Of a DNA stretch of 64,000 nucleotides, positions 25,431 through 39,275 are shown in pieces. Origin of the DNA: Octopus sinensis (taxonomy: Eukaryota); the NCBI RefSeq assembly GCF_006345805.1, contig NC_043005.1:8990001-9054000 (forward strand), read 5' to 3'. A model generated the notes under the pieces. That model searched no databases. It saw only the letters and a list, made by a program, of their open reading frames with translations, and had not been told where the DNA came from. The translations under genes and the position numbers were made by a program. Within the stretch, counting starts at the first letter, position 1. Every line of letters starts with the position of its first letter.

Positions 25431-26517
25431 AAGTGCTGAAATCTCTGCCAGAGCTGTAAACATCAAATAAAATGCTTCACGAAGGTCTGAAGACTAACCA
25501 ATAGAATTAAACGTTAATTGCAATATGAAGAGCTACAACTATGCTATGGACAAAAAAGCTACAGCTGAATTTCATGAATTTAACAAATATATGCATTACT
25601 TTGTTTTTAGTATGCTGTTTGTTGGAAAAAAGCCTACATATTTTCGTCCAAAATGGTTAAAAACAGGAAATTAATCGATTTAAACTATATACCGGCAGCT
25701 GAAATTAGTATAAAATAGACATATTATTAACGTAAACACAGTTTTCGAAATATAATTTAAAGTGGACAATTCTTCTTTAGAACAATTTCACAATATATTA
25801 TTTCTACTATGAAAATAATTCAGCAATAGTACTTTTATAATTGCAACAGATTTCAGTAGACTGAGTGAAGCTTCAGAATGATATTATTCAGTTGGAAAGA
25901 CAGCCAGGTTTTCATTGTAAATAATATAAATTATGCATTTTACTGCGCTGCGCTGCTCTGTATTGTGTTGCAGCGTTACCACTGTTACAGTGAACATAGC
26001 GGAAATATTTTAACGCTTTCATATAGATTGTCTTTCACCGTTTATACGTAATATTAAATTCTTCCTGTAGAGATATTCATTGATACAAGAAAGGTTAAAT
26101 ATTCATTGAGTGAATATTTGTAATACTCATTTGTGTTCTCACATAAAGTTACTTTCCTTTATACTTACCCAATGATAATTGAAAAAAATTTCTTAGACTT
26201 GTCTGATATTCTTTTCCGTATTAAACAATTAACGTAACCCTTTAACAATTACAATAATAGCAGAGACTATACTATAATGAAATACCGTTGCTAAGCTCTC
26301 GTACGTAACATTTATGTTAATCAAGAGTCTGGGTAGACATGTTCTTCGACCTCCAAGTACAATTGGCATATTTCGCACCAGACTGAATTCGATCACTTAA
26401 TCTGCAGGAGACAAATTTACGTATATCGAATCTAACATAACAATATGGCTTACTGAATCAGAAATTCTGTTGCGCACAAATAAGTAAAACATTTTCTCTG
26501 TTATATTATGCCTTTGT

Positions 26518-26758
26518 GGAGGAGCGTGGCTTAGTGGTTAGGGTGTCAGCACCATGATCGTAAGATTGTGGTTTCGATTCCTGGACCGTGCGACGCGTTG
26601 TGTTCTTGAGCAAAACACTTCATTTCACGCAGCTCCAGTCCACTCAGCTGGCAAAAATGAGTAACGCTGCGCCCCGTCCAGCTGGGGAATACATACGCCA
26701 TTGAAACTGAGAAACCGGGCTCATGAACCTGGCTAGGCTTTAAAAGGGCGCATTTATT
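26518..26758 (+). mobile_element. SINE family D (tRNA head)
   Basis: A-box-like TGGCTTAGTGG, B-box GGTTTCGATTCC, then GTTGTGTTCTTGAGCAAAACACTT and CCACTCAGCTGGCAAAAATGAGTA. Confidence 0.8.
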
Positions 26759-27113
26759 TTATTTTATTATTATATTATATTATACGTCAATCCTATCGTA
26801 ATCTGTTTGTGCAATCTGGCTTTTATTTTTTATAGATATTATTGCAAAAACTTAACCTGAAAAATCGACATTGGTTCTCACAACAAAGAAGGAACTCATT
26901 TCCTTTGTAATCATCATCAACTCTGCATATGGAACGGCCAATCATATGTGTTGAATATATACAGGGAAACCGAGAAATACTCGGAAACAAATAACGCTTT
27001 TGATAAAACAAGGTCCAGAAGTAAGATTTTGAATACTTAGAATTATAACGGAAAATTTAGATATTTAAAAAATCCGTCTAGAGCAATGCAACAATTGAAG
27101 AATTTACGGCAAT

Positions 27114-27559
27114 GGGATCTTTTCGGTTTGAACGGCAGTTTTTAACATAATTTCTAGGTAACTAAAAAGTTTTAAACTTCGTATACTGGTAGAATGTGTT
27201 TATAAAACATCTTTTTCTCTTGGCTTTATTGAGAAAATTCTATAATTTGTAAGATATTTGTTGTTTTTTTTCTTCAATTTCTGCAATTCAACCAATCACT
27301 GACGTCTATTGAGGTAAAAAAAAACATTCTGTGCCGTATGAATATGACCCTCGTTTAAGAAACAGATTGGGTTTATTTGCATTTGTGAAGAAAAAAGATA
27401 CCCATCCCCCCACCCCTGACCCTAACCCCAAGTAACCCAAACTAACCCTAACCTTAAAACAGATTGAAATGCAATAGATCGATACTAGGGTCATAATTAT
27501 GGGTGGCAATTTCATAGGAAACCGCTAGAAAAAACTGCCGTTCAAACCGACAAGATCCC
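27114..27559 (-). mobile_element. MITE, same family as 20805-21240, opposite orientation, 6-bp TSD
   Basis: TIRs GGGATCTTTTCGGTTTGAACGGCAGTTTT and AAAACTGCCGTTCAAACCGACAAGATCCC; TSD GGCAAT (27108-27113, 27560-27565). Confidence 0.9.
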
Positions 27560-28014
27560 GGCAATTAGAGATGATTCTAGAATACTCGAGAGTGAATTCA
27601 TATATTAGACGATGAGGAATAGAGAAGACGAGATATGAATAATGAGGAGATTAGGTTAATAAAAGAGCAATAAGGAATTAAGGAAACTCATTTTCAAAAG
27701 ACCTAAAACAGACTATGGCTGCAACACAAATGCGACACTTATTGAGACGATAAACAATGATTAAGAAGCCAGAGGAAGATAAAAGAAAAGGCAATGTAAC
27801 AAAAGATGCGAAATATATTTTCTTGTTTATTGTTGACGATGACAGAGACGATTGCTTATTTATTGCTTCCTTGTGTAATTGAATTTCTTTATTCATTGAT
27901 TCACACACAATCTATCTGTCTCTTTCGCACTCTCTCTCTCTCGTTCTCGCTCTCTCCCTCTGTCCCTCACACACATACACACATATGCGTTAATAATAAT
28001 CATGGATTAAATGA

Positions 28015-28018
28015 TTGC

Positions 28019-28092
<74 letters not shown>

Positions 28093-28390
28093 AATATATA
28101 AATATATATATAAATTATTATATATATAAATATATATATATAGATATATATATATATATATAAATACATATATACATTTACATACATATATACATATACA
28201 TACACACACACACACACATATATATAATATACACACACACATACACCAATATATATGTATGCATAAGTATTAATATTCATATCTATCTATCTATATATCT
28301 ATCTATCTATCTATTCTATCTATCTATCATCTATTATCTATCTATCGATCTATCTATCTATCTGTCTATCTATCTATCCATCTGTCTGTA

Positions 28391-28430
<40 letters not shown>

Positions 28431-28508
28431 CATCTATCCATCTATCTATCCATCTATCTATATCTATCTATCTATCTATCTATTTATCTATCTATCTATC
28501 TTCTATCG

Positions 28509-28585
<77 letters not shown>

Positions 28586-28611
28586 ATATCTATCTGTCTA
28601 TCTATCTATCT
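28015..28611. repeat. Compound (TA)n then (TATC)n satellite
   Basis: Direct reading. Confidence 0.95.
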
Positions 28612-28975
28612 ACACTGACATATATCTGCATTGTGCAAAGTATTGTGTGTATGCGTCAGTGTTTATGTCTAATAATAAAACAATAGATAGAGGGGTAAAC
28701 ATTGTGAAAAGATTTTTTTTTTAAAGTGCTTGAAATTGAGTCATGTAGAACAATGTAATCTAATACTTCAAGAAAAACAGCTCTTGCTACTGCTGCTACT
28801 ACTGCTACTGCTGCTTCTGCCATTCTTACAAGTACTGCACCTGCCGCTGCAATTCCTACTCTTTCTTCATGCTCACTGAAGTTTCCGCTAATGTGGCGCT
28901 GCAAAAAATGTTAAAACTTTCCCTTGGCAATCCAAGAGCCCTTGGTTCGATCTTAGTACGTGGCGTTTGAGTATC

Positions 28976-29188
28976 CTCTTTTACTCTTTTACATGTTTTG
29001 GGTCATTTGACTGTGGCCATGCTGGAGCACTGCCTTTAGTCGAGCAAATCGACCCCAGGTCTTATTCTTTGTAAGCTTAGTACTTATTCTATCGGTCTCT
29101 TTTGACAAACCGCTTAGTTACGGTGACATAAACACACCAGCATCGGTTGTCAAGCGATGTTGTGGGGACAAACACAGACACTCAAACT

Positions 29189-29228
<40 letters not shown>

Positions 29229-29248
29229 ACATATATATATATATATAT

Positions 29249-29285
<37 letters not shown>

Positions 29286-29447
29286 GATGGGCATCTTTCA
29301 GTTTCCGTCTACCAAATCCACTCACAAGGCCTTGGTCGACCCGAGGCTATAGTAGAAGACACTTGCCGAAGGTGCCACGCAGTGGGACTGAACCCGGGCC
29401 CATTTGGTTGGTAAACAAGCTACTTACCACACAGTGACTTTTATGCC
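28976..29447 (-). mobile_element. SINE family A
   Basis: Complete homology, with an expanded internal (CA)n(TA)n. Confidence 0.9.
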
Positions 29448-29620
29448 TATAGTATGTTAGTTTTTATAATCTGAAACTGTAGAAACCGTCGGGGGCAAGA
29501 AATATAAATGTTCGGCCTTGTAGTACGTAATCTATCTCCTAGTCACTGATAATTGTATTAAATATACACGCGTTTGTAAAATGCTCCACCACTTAAAATT
29601 TAGTATAGGAATACTTAAAT

Positions 29621-30230
29621 GCGACGAGCTGGTAGAATCGTTAGCACGCCGGGCGAGCTTAGCGATATTTCGTCTGCCGCTACGTTCTGAGATCAAATTC
29701 CGCCGAGGTCCACTTTGCCTTTCATCCTTTCGGGGTTGATAAATTAAGTACCAGTTACGCACTGGGGTCGATGTAATCGACTTAATCCGTTTGTCTGTCC
29801 TTGTTTGTCCCCTCTATGTTTAGCCCTCTGAGGGCAATAAAGAAATAAGTATTTCCTCTGCCATTACGTTCTGAGTTCAAATTCCGCCGAGGTCGACTTT
29901 GCCTTTAATCCTTTCGGGATCGATTAAATAAGTACCAGTTACGCACTGGGGTCGATGTAATAATCTTAATCCGTTTGTCTGTCCTTGTTTGTTCCCTCTG
30001 TGTGTAGCCCCTTGTGGGCAGTAAAGAAATAAGGATCTTTAGCTCGCCGGGCAAAATATGTAGAAGCAATTCATCTGTTCTTACTTTTCGAGTTCATATT
30101 CCACCGAGGTAGACTCTGCTGGTCGTCCCTTCGGGTTGATCAATAAAATAAGTGCCAGTTTAGTACTGGGGGTCCATGCAATCATCTCACTCCTCCTCCG
30201 AAATTGCTTTCTTTGTTCCAAAATTTCAAA
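29621..30230 (+). mobile_element. SINE family B head-body-body dimer (29621-30032) followed by an older copy
   Basis: First unit ends GAAATAAG and runs straight into TATTTCCTCTGCC of a headless second body. Confidence 0.85.
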
Positions 30231-30423
30231 GGAACACAGGATCGAGTAATTGCTTGATACTCATCTTCAAACGGCGGAGTTCCGCTATTATCATTATTAG
30301 GTAACAAGGCAGCATATTAATGTTGCTAAGCCCACTGGAAATTGGATTCAAGTTTATTTAAATTAACTCTATACTGATATGTGCTATGCAATATTGGATA
30401 AGACGAAATGGTACTGAATATAT

Positions 30424-30635
30424 GGCGTAGGAATGGCTGTGTGGTAGGTAGCTTGCTTACAAACTACATGGTTCCGGGTTCAGTCCCACTGCAGGGCACC
30501 TTGGGCAAGTGTATTCTATAGCCTTGGGGCAACCAAAGCCTTGTGAGTGGATTTTGTAGACGGAAACTGAAAGAAGCCCGTCGTATATATGTATATGCAT
30601 GTGCATGTATATGTTTGTGTGATTGTCCCTCCAAC
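30424..30635 (+). mobile_element. SINE family A, 5' half
   Basis: GGCGTAGGAATGGCTGTGTGG..GAAAGAAGCCCGTCG. Confidence 0.85.
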
Positions 30636-30712
30636 ATGTATACGTACAAAAATTATGTATGGAATAGGTATACGTACCTCTGTGTGTTGCCCATATATAC
30701 ACACACATATAC

Positions 30713-30751
<39 letters not shown>

Positions 30752-30754
30752 TGA

Positions 30755-30815
<61 letters not shown>

Positions 30816-30825
30816 TATATATATA

Positions 30826-30937
30826 TTGGCTTGCTCGCTTAGCCAGCGGGGTGGCGTCGTTCGAAGGCTAAAACAATGCGATCGCATTGTGACCAGCGAT
30901 GTGTAGAAACATCTGATGGTTTGGTCGGTCACGTGAT

Positions 30938-30945
<8 letters not shown>
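30826..30945 (+). mobile_element. 120-bp repeat in (TA)n, probable SINE 3' tail
   Basis: Second copy at 39276-39394; internal palindrome ACAATGCGATCGCATTGT; ends CACGTGATCACGTGATA. Confidence 0.65.
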
Positions 30946-31009
<64 letters not shown>

Positions 31010-31726
31010 TTGTGATCTGAACATAACCGTTTCTGACACAGAGGATTCGGAGACCTTTTAGGCGTTCTATTTTCCTTGCTGGAAGGGTTCCCAAACCATG
31101 GGTAAAGGGGAGGGCGTTCGATCATGAGGTGGCGTTTTCAAAAGGGTTCCCATGTGCAACCTGATCACCTCTGCCGATTAAACTCCCAAACCATGCGCAC
31201 CTGTCGTGGCATTGATTCTGCAGAACTGGGTTGGGCGTAAACACCAATTTTAAAGTATAAATATAGATGATTTTGAATCAGCAATGTTGTGTTCATTTAA
31301 GTCCTATTTGGGATGAAAAATAAATATACTGATTCCTTATGGGGTTTTCCATTTCATCAGGATTTTTAAAAATCGATAAACTGATTCCTTATGGAATTTT
31401 TCACTAAAATTGGCTACACCTCATTTTCAACCATAACTTTTACCAATTCTGATGTATTTTGCTCAAATTTGATGCCAGTATTACATAGGAGTCATATGAT
31501 ATTACATTGCTTTAAGTTCTCCCAAAACGAAAAGAAACAAAAACAATCGTTGAGAGGAAAATATCGATATACCGCTTCCCTATGAGATTTCCCAATCAAA
31601 TTTTCAGCCACTCATTTTCAGCCAAAAGTTTACAAATTTCAACAGATTTCGCTCAAATTTGACGTCGATGTTACTTAGTTTGGTTTGAAATAAAGAGCTT
31701 GATTAGCTTAATAATCCTAACTTAAT

Positions 31727-31754
31727 CCCGGGGAAAGCCGGGCTATACTGCTAG
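31727..31754 (+). mobile_element. Helitron 3' terminus; 5' end not located
   Basis: CCCGGGGAAAGCCGGG hairpin + CTATACTGCTAG|T. Confidence 0.6.
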
Positions 31755-31784
31755 TGTTTTATGTATATATATATGTATACATAT

Positions 31785-32542
31785 AACGCTTGCATGGGTA
31801 ATTTTGTGTCATTCTTTAACTAAAGCTTGCTTAAGCTCTTTCAGTGAATACGGCAGAGAGAAGTAGCCCTTCACTTGCTGCTCGAGTATGCTTCTTTAAT
31901 ACATTAAGATCAGGTGCTTTCAGGGACAATCCGAATGGTATACTTCAGTTTTATGCTCTTTGCACCAACTCTGAATAATATTAGCCTTGTAAATTGGTCC
32001 ACCTTTATCCTAGTGACCGAGCTGATAGTACGGAATTATTTTTGGACCTTAGGGTGGACATAACCAACCAAAATACTCATAAATTTGAAAGTTAACTATA
32101 CCATGAAAAGGAATTAATGGATTTAGGGAAGTCCATGATATAGCTTCAAAAATGAGTACACAGCCAACTTCATGTTTCACAGTTGCGCCCAAACAGTCAG
32201 AGTTGTGGGGTTTCTTTAGATATACACTCCTTTTGAAGTGGGGAAATGTGTGAATCATGGTCACCAGAAATTACTTTATTCTATTACTCTGTTCACCACA
32301 TATGATCGTCTAGACTCCATTTTCTTGTCCATCAGTGTCGATATGCATCAAGAGAGGTTCAGCAATAAAAGCTTTTTATGGATATCACGACGAAGAATTT
32401 TGGTTGACACAGGGGTGGAAAGGGTGTGCTTGTAGCAGCACGTTACGTTTCGAAACGAGTCTTTGCGTCACTTTACCTCGGTCAAAGGAGTACATTTCTA
32501 GCCTTCCAGATTAAAGAAATTGTCGAAGGTCATTCACCCTGT
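31785..32542 (-). pseudogene. Tc1-family (DD34E) transposase remnant, may continue to ~33030 beyond the SINE dimer
   Basis: PVSTKILRRDIHK; DCLGATVKHEVGCVLIFEAISWTSLNPLIPFHGIVN (cf. TVKHGGGSVMVWG); ANIIQSWCKEH..KAPDLNV..LEQQVK..SLKELKQALVKE. Confidence 0.8.
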
Positions 32543-32555
32543 TAGTTCATAGTTT

Positions 32556-32984
32556 ATATATTTCTTTACTACCCACAAGGGGATAAACATAGAGGGGACA
32601 AACGATGACAGACAAAGGGATTAAGTCGATTACATCGACCCAAGTGCGAAATTGGTACTTTATTTATCGACCCCGAAAGGATGAAATGCAAAGTCGACCT
32701 CGGCGGAATTTGAACTAAGAACGTAACGACAGACGTAATACCTATTTCTTTATTACCCAGAAGGGGCTAAAGACAGAGGGGACAAACAAAGACAGACATA
32801 GGTATTAAGTCGATTACATCGACCCCAGTGCGTAACTGGTACTTAATTTATCGAACCTGAAAGGATGAAAGGCAAAGTCGACCTCGGCGGAATTTGAACT
32901 CAGAACGTAACGACAGACGAAATACCGCTACGCATTTCACCCGGTGCACTAACGACTCTGCCAGCTTGCCGCCTTGTTAGTACA
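32556..32984 (-). mobile_element. SINE family B head-body-body dimer with 13-bp TSD
   Basis: TSD TAGTTCATAGTTT at 32543-32555 and 32985-32997; unit junction ~32735-32748. Confidence 0.88.
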
Positions 32985-33470
32985 TAGTTCATAGTTTCGC
33001 TTCTGAGTAACTAACTGGCTTTTCTTCTATTCTACTGGGGAACAATTCTTGATAAAATATTTATTGCAATATTTACCTTGACATCGTTTAATCGATGTAA
33101 ACCTATTTTGTTTTTCCTTTTGGTATTTATGCTTCATTTATGGCTTCAGTATCTTGGTCCTCTGGCTAAACAAAGAAGCCTTCCTCCTCTTATTCATTAT
33201 TATTATTAGTTTTTTTTGAGTTGTTGTTGTTGGCGTTGCTTTTAAAAAAGAATGCAAGGAAAATCATGAAAGATGTTATTCAAGATAAAATATTGAAGTT
33301 TCCAACATATTTCAATTACTGTCCATATTAGAAGTTGATTGCTGCAAAATACTAAAGGATCTACTCATGGATATGAATGTAGATAAGGATGCGGACGTGG
33401 ATGTATGTATGCATATGTTAGTGTTTACATAAGTTTGTGCTTGCATATGACACACACACACATACAAACA

Positions 33471-33517
<47 letters not shown>

Positions 33518-33854
33518 ACACACACACACTCTTTCTTTCTTTCTTTCTTGATCTCTCTCTCGATCGGTCGATCGACACAAACGCAGACACACACACACAC
33601 AGACACACACACATACACACATGACTGTGAATGGATAAAAGCCATCTGGTTTTCTTTTCAATATAAGGATCGGTTGTTAAGCGCAGAATGAGGTTTCGTA
33701 ACTCCTTGAACATTACTTTCTAAAACTGATAGGTTTGTTTCTGAAATCCGCGCGGCTATCTTAGGGATATAACTTCGGTAATCTGTTCCTTTCTTCGGAA
33801 ATTAGATGACGAAGCATTAACATACACACAACTAACAACTGCTCTATTAACATA

Positions 33855-34260
33855 GGCGAAGGAGTGGCTGTGTGGTAGGCAGCTTGTTCCGGGTTCAGTC
33901 TCACTGCATGGCACTTTGAGCAAGTGTCTTCTGCTATAGCCTCGGGCCGACCAACGCCTTGTGAGTGGATTTGGTAGGCATAAACTGAAAGAAGGTGTCG
34001 TATATTATATATATAATATATATATATATATATATTAATATATATATATATAATATGTGGTGTATATATATATATATATATATGCCGTGTTTGTCCCCTC
34101 AACATCGCCTGACAACCGTTCTGGTGTGTTTTACGTCCCAGTAACTTAGAATAAGTACTGGGCTTAAAAAGAATAAGCTCAGGGGTCGATTTGCTCGACT
34201 AAAGGCGATGCTCCAGCACGGCCAAAGTCAAATGACTGAAACAAGTAAAAGAGTAAAAGA
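33855..34260 (+). mobile_element. SINE family A
   Basis: GGCGAAGGAGTGGCTGTGTGG through to GTAAAAGAGTAAAAGA. Confidence 0.9.
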
Positions 34261-34948
34261 ATAGAGGAGATGTGTTTGTGAGATTATGAAGTGTAGCCTC
34301 TAACATATGAATTGATGAATCATACATCTGTAGCACACTCCTCAAACTACACATCATAATTGAAGAACAAATTTATACATATCCTATCTCTGCAGGGAAG
34401 CATCTGAAAGTAATTTTATAACCAGAATATCACGCTCAAAATCAAAACCTCGAAACATAGTATTGGTAATCTGAGAAAGGAGGAGGAGAAGGTTATATAT
34501 GTTAATGAATTTATCCATCAATCAAAACCTGACAAGCTTAGCTAGATGGATGTGTCAAATTTCTCTGATATGCACAGGCATTCGGAGACAGAGCTTAATT
34601 ATTTTCTCTTTACGAAGAGATCTTTTAAAACTGAAATATGGAGATATTATGTAATGATGTAAACCGTTTATTTTTACGGTGTTGATTCATCCCTTTATTT
34701 CCAACGTGCATGAAGTGCCTCTTTGTTGTCAAGTTATAAAAGCATACACATAGATACAAGTATATGAATGTACAAACTGATTTACATACATATATAATTC
34801 CACACATTCACAATACATGAAAACACACACACACGTGTGTGCGTATTATTCATGTGCATGATTCATACACATGTACGTGTACACATGTGCACATCTACAT
34901 GCTCACGCGTAAGTGCTCGCATACACGTGTATATATATATATATATAT

Positions 34949-34989
<41 letters not shown>

Positions 34990-35103
34990 GGGGCAAGAGT
35001 CTTTACTATAGACTGAGACGACCAAAGCCTGCGGGTATATCTGGTAGCTGGAAACTAAAGGAAGCCAGTCGTGTATATATATACATACACACACACACAA
35101 CAC

Positions 35104-35150
<47 letters not shown>

Positions 35151-35345
35151 ATAATATATATATATATATATGTATGTATGGATATGTGTATATGTGTGTC
35201 TGCCCCACACCATCGCTTTGACAACAGATGTTGGTGTGTGTTTTAAATCCCCCGTAACTTAGCAGTTCGGCCTAAACAGATCATATAAGTAGAACAATTA
35301 CAGGTTTAAAGTAAAAATCAATTGAGCCGATGTATTCGACTAAAC
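34990..35345 (+). mobile_element. SINE family A, 5'-truncated and degenerate
   Basis: GGGCAAGAGTCTTTACTATAG..GGAAACTAAAGGAAGCCAGTCG..GTCTGCCCCACAC. Confidence 0.7.
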
Positions 35346-35532
35346 TTCTTCAATGTGATTCCTAAATATAATTGCAAAAGATTTGGAAGTACTCTGTCTT
35401 ATCGTTCAAGGTGTGAGACTGAACAATACTAATTGGTCGATAACTGATGAAGAATTGTGGATATTCTGTTTGTCGCCCGTTCGAATATACACCACTCAGT
35501 ATACGTTACGTCGTTTGCTTATATTTTTTAAA

Positions 35533-35571
<39 letters not shown>

Positions 35572-35573
35572 GT

Positions 35574-35710
35574 AGGTCCCGGGTTGATTCGGGGTTAACC
35601 ACAGTAAATAAGGTACTCAATACATAGTAGAGTAAAATTAATTTATTATATAGAAGGAGCTTCTACAGGACTAGAACTGTTTCATTCAAGAGAAATCTTC
35701 AGGAAGCTAG
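35574..35710 (-). mobile_element. Penelope-like terminal fragment, may extend to ~35850
   Basis: Near-identical to 12547-12676; carries a hammerhead. Confidence 0.7.
35658..35708 (-). ncRNA. Type I hammerhead ribozyme
   Basis: Minus strand AGCTTC-CTGAAGA-TTTCTCTTGAAT-GAAA-CAGTTCTAGTCCTG-TA-GAAGCT. Confidence 0.75.
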
Positions 35711-35959
35711 TTAACAAGAATTGTATTGGCATTTATACATTTAGGCAGGTTTAAAGGGGTGTTGGTGGGGGACTTTTTGGGGGTAGGCATAGCGCAAAAT
35801 ATCATACTTGGGGAGTGGTCAAGGAGTCAGTGTTAAAATTAGATAGAAGAATAAATAAAAAAATAAAAAATATATATAAAAAATAATAAAAAATAATATA
35901 AAAAAAGGGAATAGAGTTTCGGGTAAAAAGGAGATTCTCACTTATACCTATGCACATAT

Positions 35960-37100
35960 GTATACATATATCCACACACATACAAACATATATAATATAC
36001 ATACACACAAAGGTACACACACACATATATACATATATATACACGACACATACATATACATATCTACACATACACATATATGTACACATACACACACTCA
36101 CATGCATACCACGTATACACACATGTATAATACACAAACGACCACACACAATTTACACACAGAAAAATATATATACACAACACACACATACTCACATACA
36201 CGCATACACACACATATCCACACACACATATGCACACACAGCACACTAGTCCATATATACACATATATACACATACACACACATATACACACACATACAT
36301 ATACATAGATTATATATATAATATATATTATATATATAGATATATATATATAATATATATATATAATATATATATATATATATTACATATGTGTACCTAT
36401 GCATACCGACACATACACACATATATTATACACATACAAATACAGACCCATTCCCTAATTTTAATTTTATTATCTTAATTTATTACTTTTGTTATCTTTG
36501 ATCGCTGGTCACAAACATCTTGGCTATGACAGCCAGTCCATTTATGTGTCTACTGGAAACAAGCACTCATTTACTCACGCACACACTTTAGCACGTTACA
36601 CTCACTCATTCGTACCACTCATAACATACACGCACGCACGCGTATTCATACATAACATCTACATACATTCACGTATTACACATACGTACGCGTACCTACA
36701 GATTCATGTTAACTCTTAGAAGGCTAGTCTATACATATACACCCAATAAATAGAAAACACACACATACATATACACCTACATACAAATTACATCATTGTA
36801 TAGATATACATACATATATATAACATATTCACATATATATACAATACATGATATATACATATTATACACATATATACATCTACATACAATACATATAACA
36901 TATAATATATATACATTATACCACACACTACACATACATACATATACACACATACACATACATACGTATACATACATACATACATCCAGACATCCATACA
37001 TACATACATTATACCATACACACACCCACACGTATACATATACGTACTATAATACGCGCATGCATACACAACATATATATATATATATATATATTTAAAC
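35960..37100. repeat. Long degenerate (CA)/(TA)/(CATA) low-complexity tract
   Basis: Direct reading; its ORFs are compositional artefacts. Confidence 0.9.
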
Positions 37101-37686
37101 GCACGTAAATATTCGTATATCTCTATGTAGGCGCACACCTACAAAGCATGAATAGATTCATTTCTATCATTACAAAAAGTTGTTACAGGAATAAGGAAGA
37201 GAATGTTGTTAGAGACATTACTTTTGTTTCACTTATATATATATATATATATCACAATCAAGGAACGGCCATAATAGGCCATTCACCCACTAGAAATAAC
37301 AGCCAAAGCTTCAACCGCAATAAAACTCAATTCCGTAAACACAGGAGAAAATTTAAAAAACATTTACCCTGTAATTTTAACGATGCACCGTTTCATCCAC
37401 TGTTTAATGGTAACTAACCTGATTAATTAAAATCAAGCCAATCTTCCATAGGCCCTTATAATCATCAGTAAGAAATAGCCAAGTCGGCTATTATATATAA
37501 ATATATATATATATATATATTAACCTCATTTCTCGATAATGTTTTTTTCTTTAGAATTTTCGATTTTCAGCAGCAGTTGTATAATAAATAGTCCGGCTGT
37601 GCATGTGTGTGTGTATTTGTGTGCGTATGTGTATCTTATATATATATATATATATATATATGGTATTATATATATATATTAATATA

Positions 37687-37734
<48 letters not shown>

Positions 37735-37739
37735 TATAT

Positions 37740-37779
<40 letters not shown>

Positions 37780-38056
37780 CATATATGCATATATATATAT
37801 ATATATTAGAGAGATATATGTATATAATATATCATATATATATTATGATGCTATATATGATATACTAACATATGTTCATATTAGATCGATACATCATACA
37901 TACATATATTATATATATATATATATATGATATATATATATATATATATATATAATATAAGACATAACACATGATATTAATCGATTTCATTAATATATTA
38001 TGTTTATGATGGTCAACATGTGCCGTATATAGTTGAATACATAATTCATATATACA

Positions 38057-38097
<41 letters not shown>

Positions 38098-38719
38098 TAT
38101 ATATAGAATATATATATATATATATATATACGATATTATATTATATATATATATATATACGTATATATTATATATATATACATAGATAGTGAGAGAGAGA
38201 GAGAGAGCGATGGAGAGAGAGAAAGAGGGGAGAGAGCGCGACAGAGTTATATATATCATATGAATATATATACATCTCTCTCTTTCTCTTTCTTTCCCCC
38301 TCTCTCTCTCTCTATCTCTATATATATATATATATATATACATACATATGTAAACATATGTAAGTATATACTTTTCTATGCATAGTTACATAAACATTTA
38401 TATATATTCATATTAGTTCCTGTTGTGTGTTTTGTGAAAATTTTCAGTTTCCCAATATCAACATCAAAGCGAATGATCAGCTTAGAACATACATTCTCCT
38501 AAAACATAATATTTACCGACAATATATTTTTCAACACATAATTAATTTTCTAATATCTTTCTTAAATAACACTTTACTCATTTCAATTCTTTTATCTGTG
38601 TAAAAACACAGATATTCAATGTATTCCTGTGTCTGTATCTCCACCTTTCATGAACACACACACACACACACACACCACACACACACACTAACACACTAAC
38701 ACACACACACACACCCTCA

Positions 38720-38775
<56 letters not shown>

Positions 38776-39175
38776 AGCTGTAACTCTTTCTCTGTAACCT
38801 ACACTAACACTTCCCTTCGCAACGTTGCAAAATATTTCGCACAACTTATGTTTCTGTATTATATGGCTCATATATTTTATGTTTTTATTAAAATTTTTAT
38901 ATGCTTCAAAGAAGAAGTGTATGTCATTATTGTCATGTGACAGCAGATGTGGGACAGAATATTGTTGAAATACAACTACGTATTAGTCTTTAAAACATAA
39001 TATTTTATAAACTAACATTTGAAAAATTTTCTACTGTATTTTATGGTTAGTTAGTTTTATTTATGAAATTCAGAACAAAGATATAACAATTTAATTTCAC
39101 GGTCTTCGTACTGCTCTGATAGAAGTTGACATTGCTTGCAAACATGTTTATATCTTTATCTATCTATTATATCTA

Positions 39176-39220
<45 letters not shown>

Positions 39221-39275
39221 ATCTATTATCTATATATAATATATTATATATATATATAATTATAATATAATAACA

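Noticed and set aside
28657-28904. Ala/Val-rich minus-strand ORF behind a good acceptor site
   Set aside because: Built on degenerate (GCA/GTA) repeats; no recognisable product; only a 22-nt microexon is possible and it is unsupported
29621-30032. Repeated SINE bodies as a CRISPR-like array or tRNA gene cluster
   Set aside because: Units are ~190-bp SINE bodies without unique spacers; heads lack a full cloverleaf; eukaryotic context
31060-31250. GC-richer segment as a LINE ORF2 fragment
   Set aside because: No convincing motif in any frame
35440-35510. CTGATGAAGAA..TTCGAAT hammerhead-like string
   Set aside because: GAAA is replaced by GAAT and there is no valid UH cleavage site next to stem I
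37372-37477. Possible minus-strand hammerhead (CTGATGA..GAAACGGTGCATCGT)
   Set aside because: Core and stem III are present, but stem II does not close and there is no unpaired H17 before stem I; at best a decayed copy
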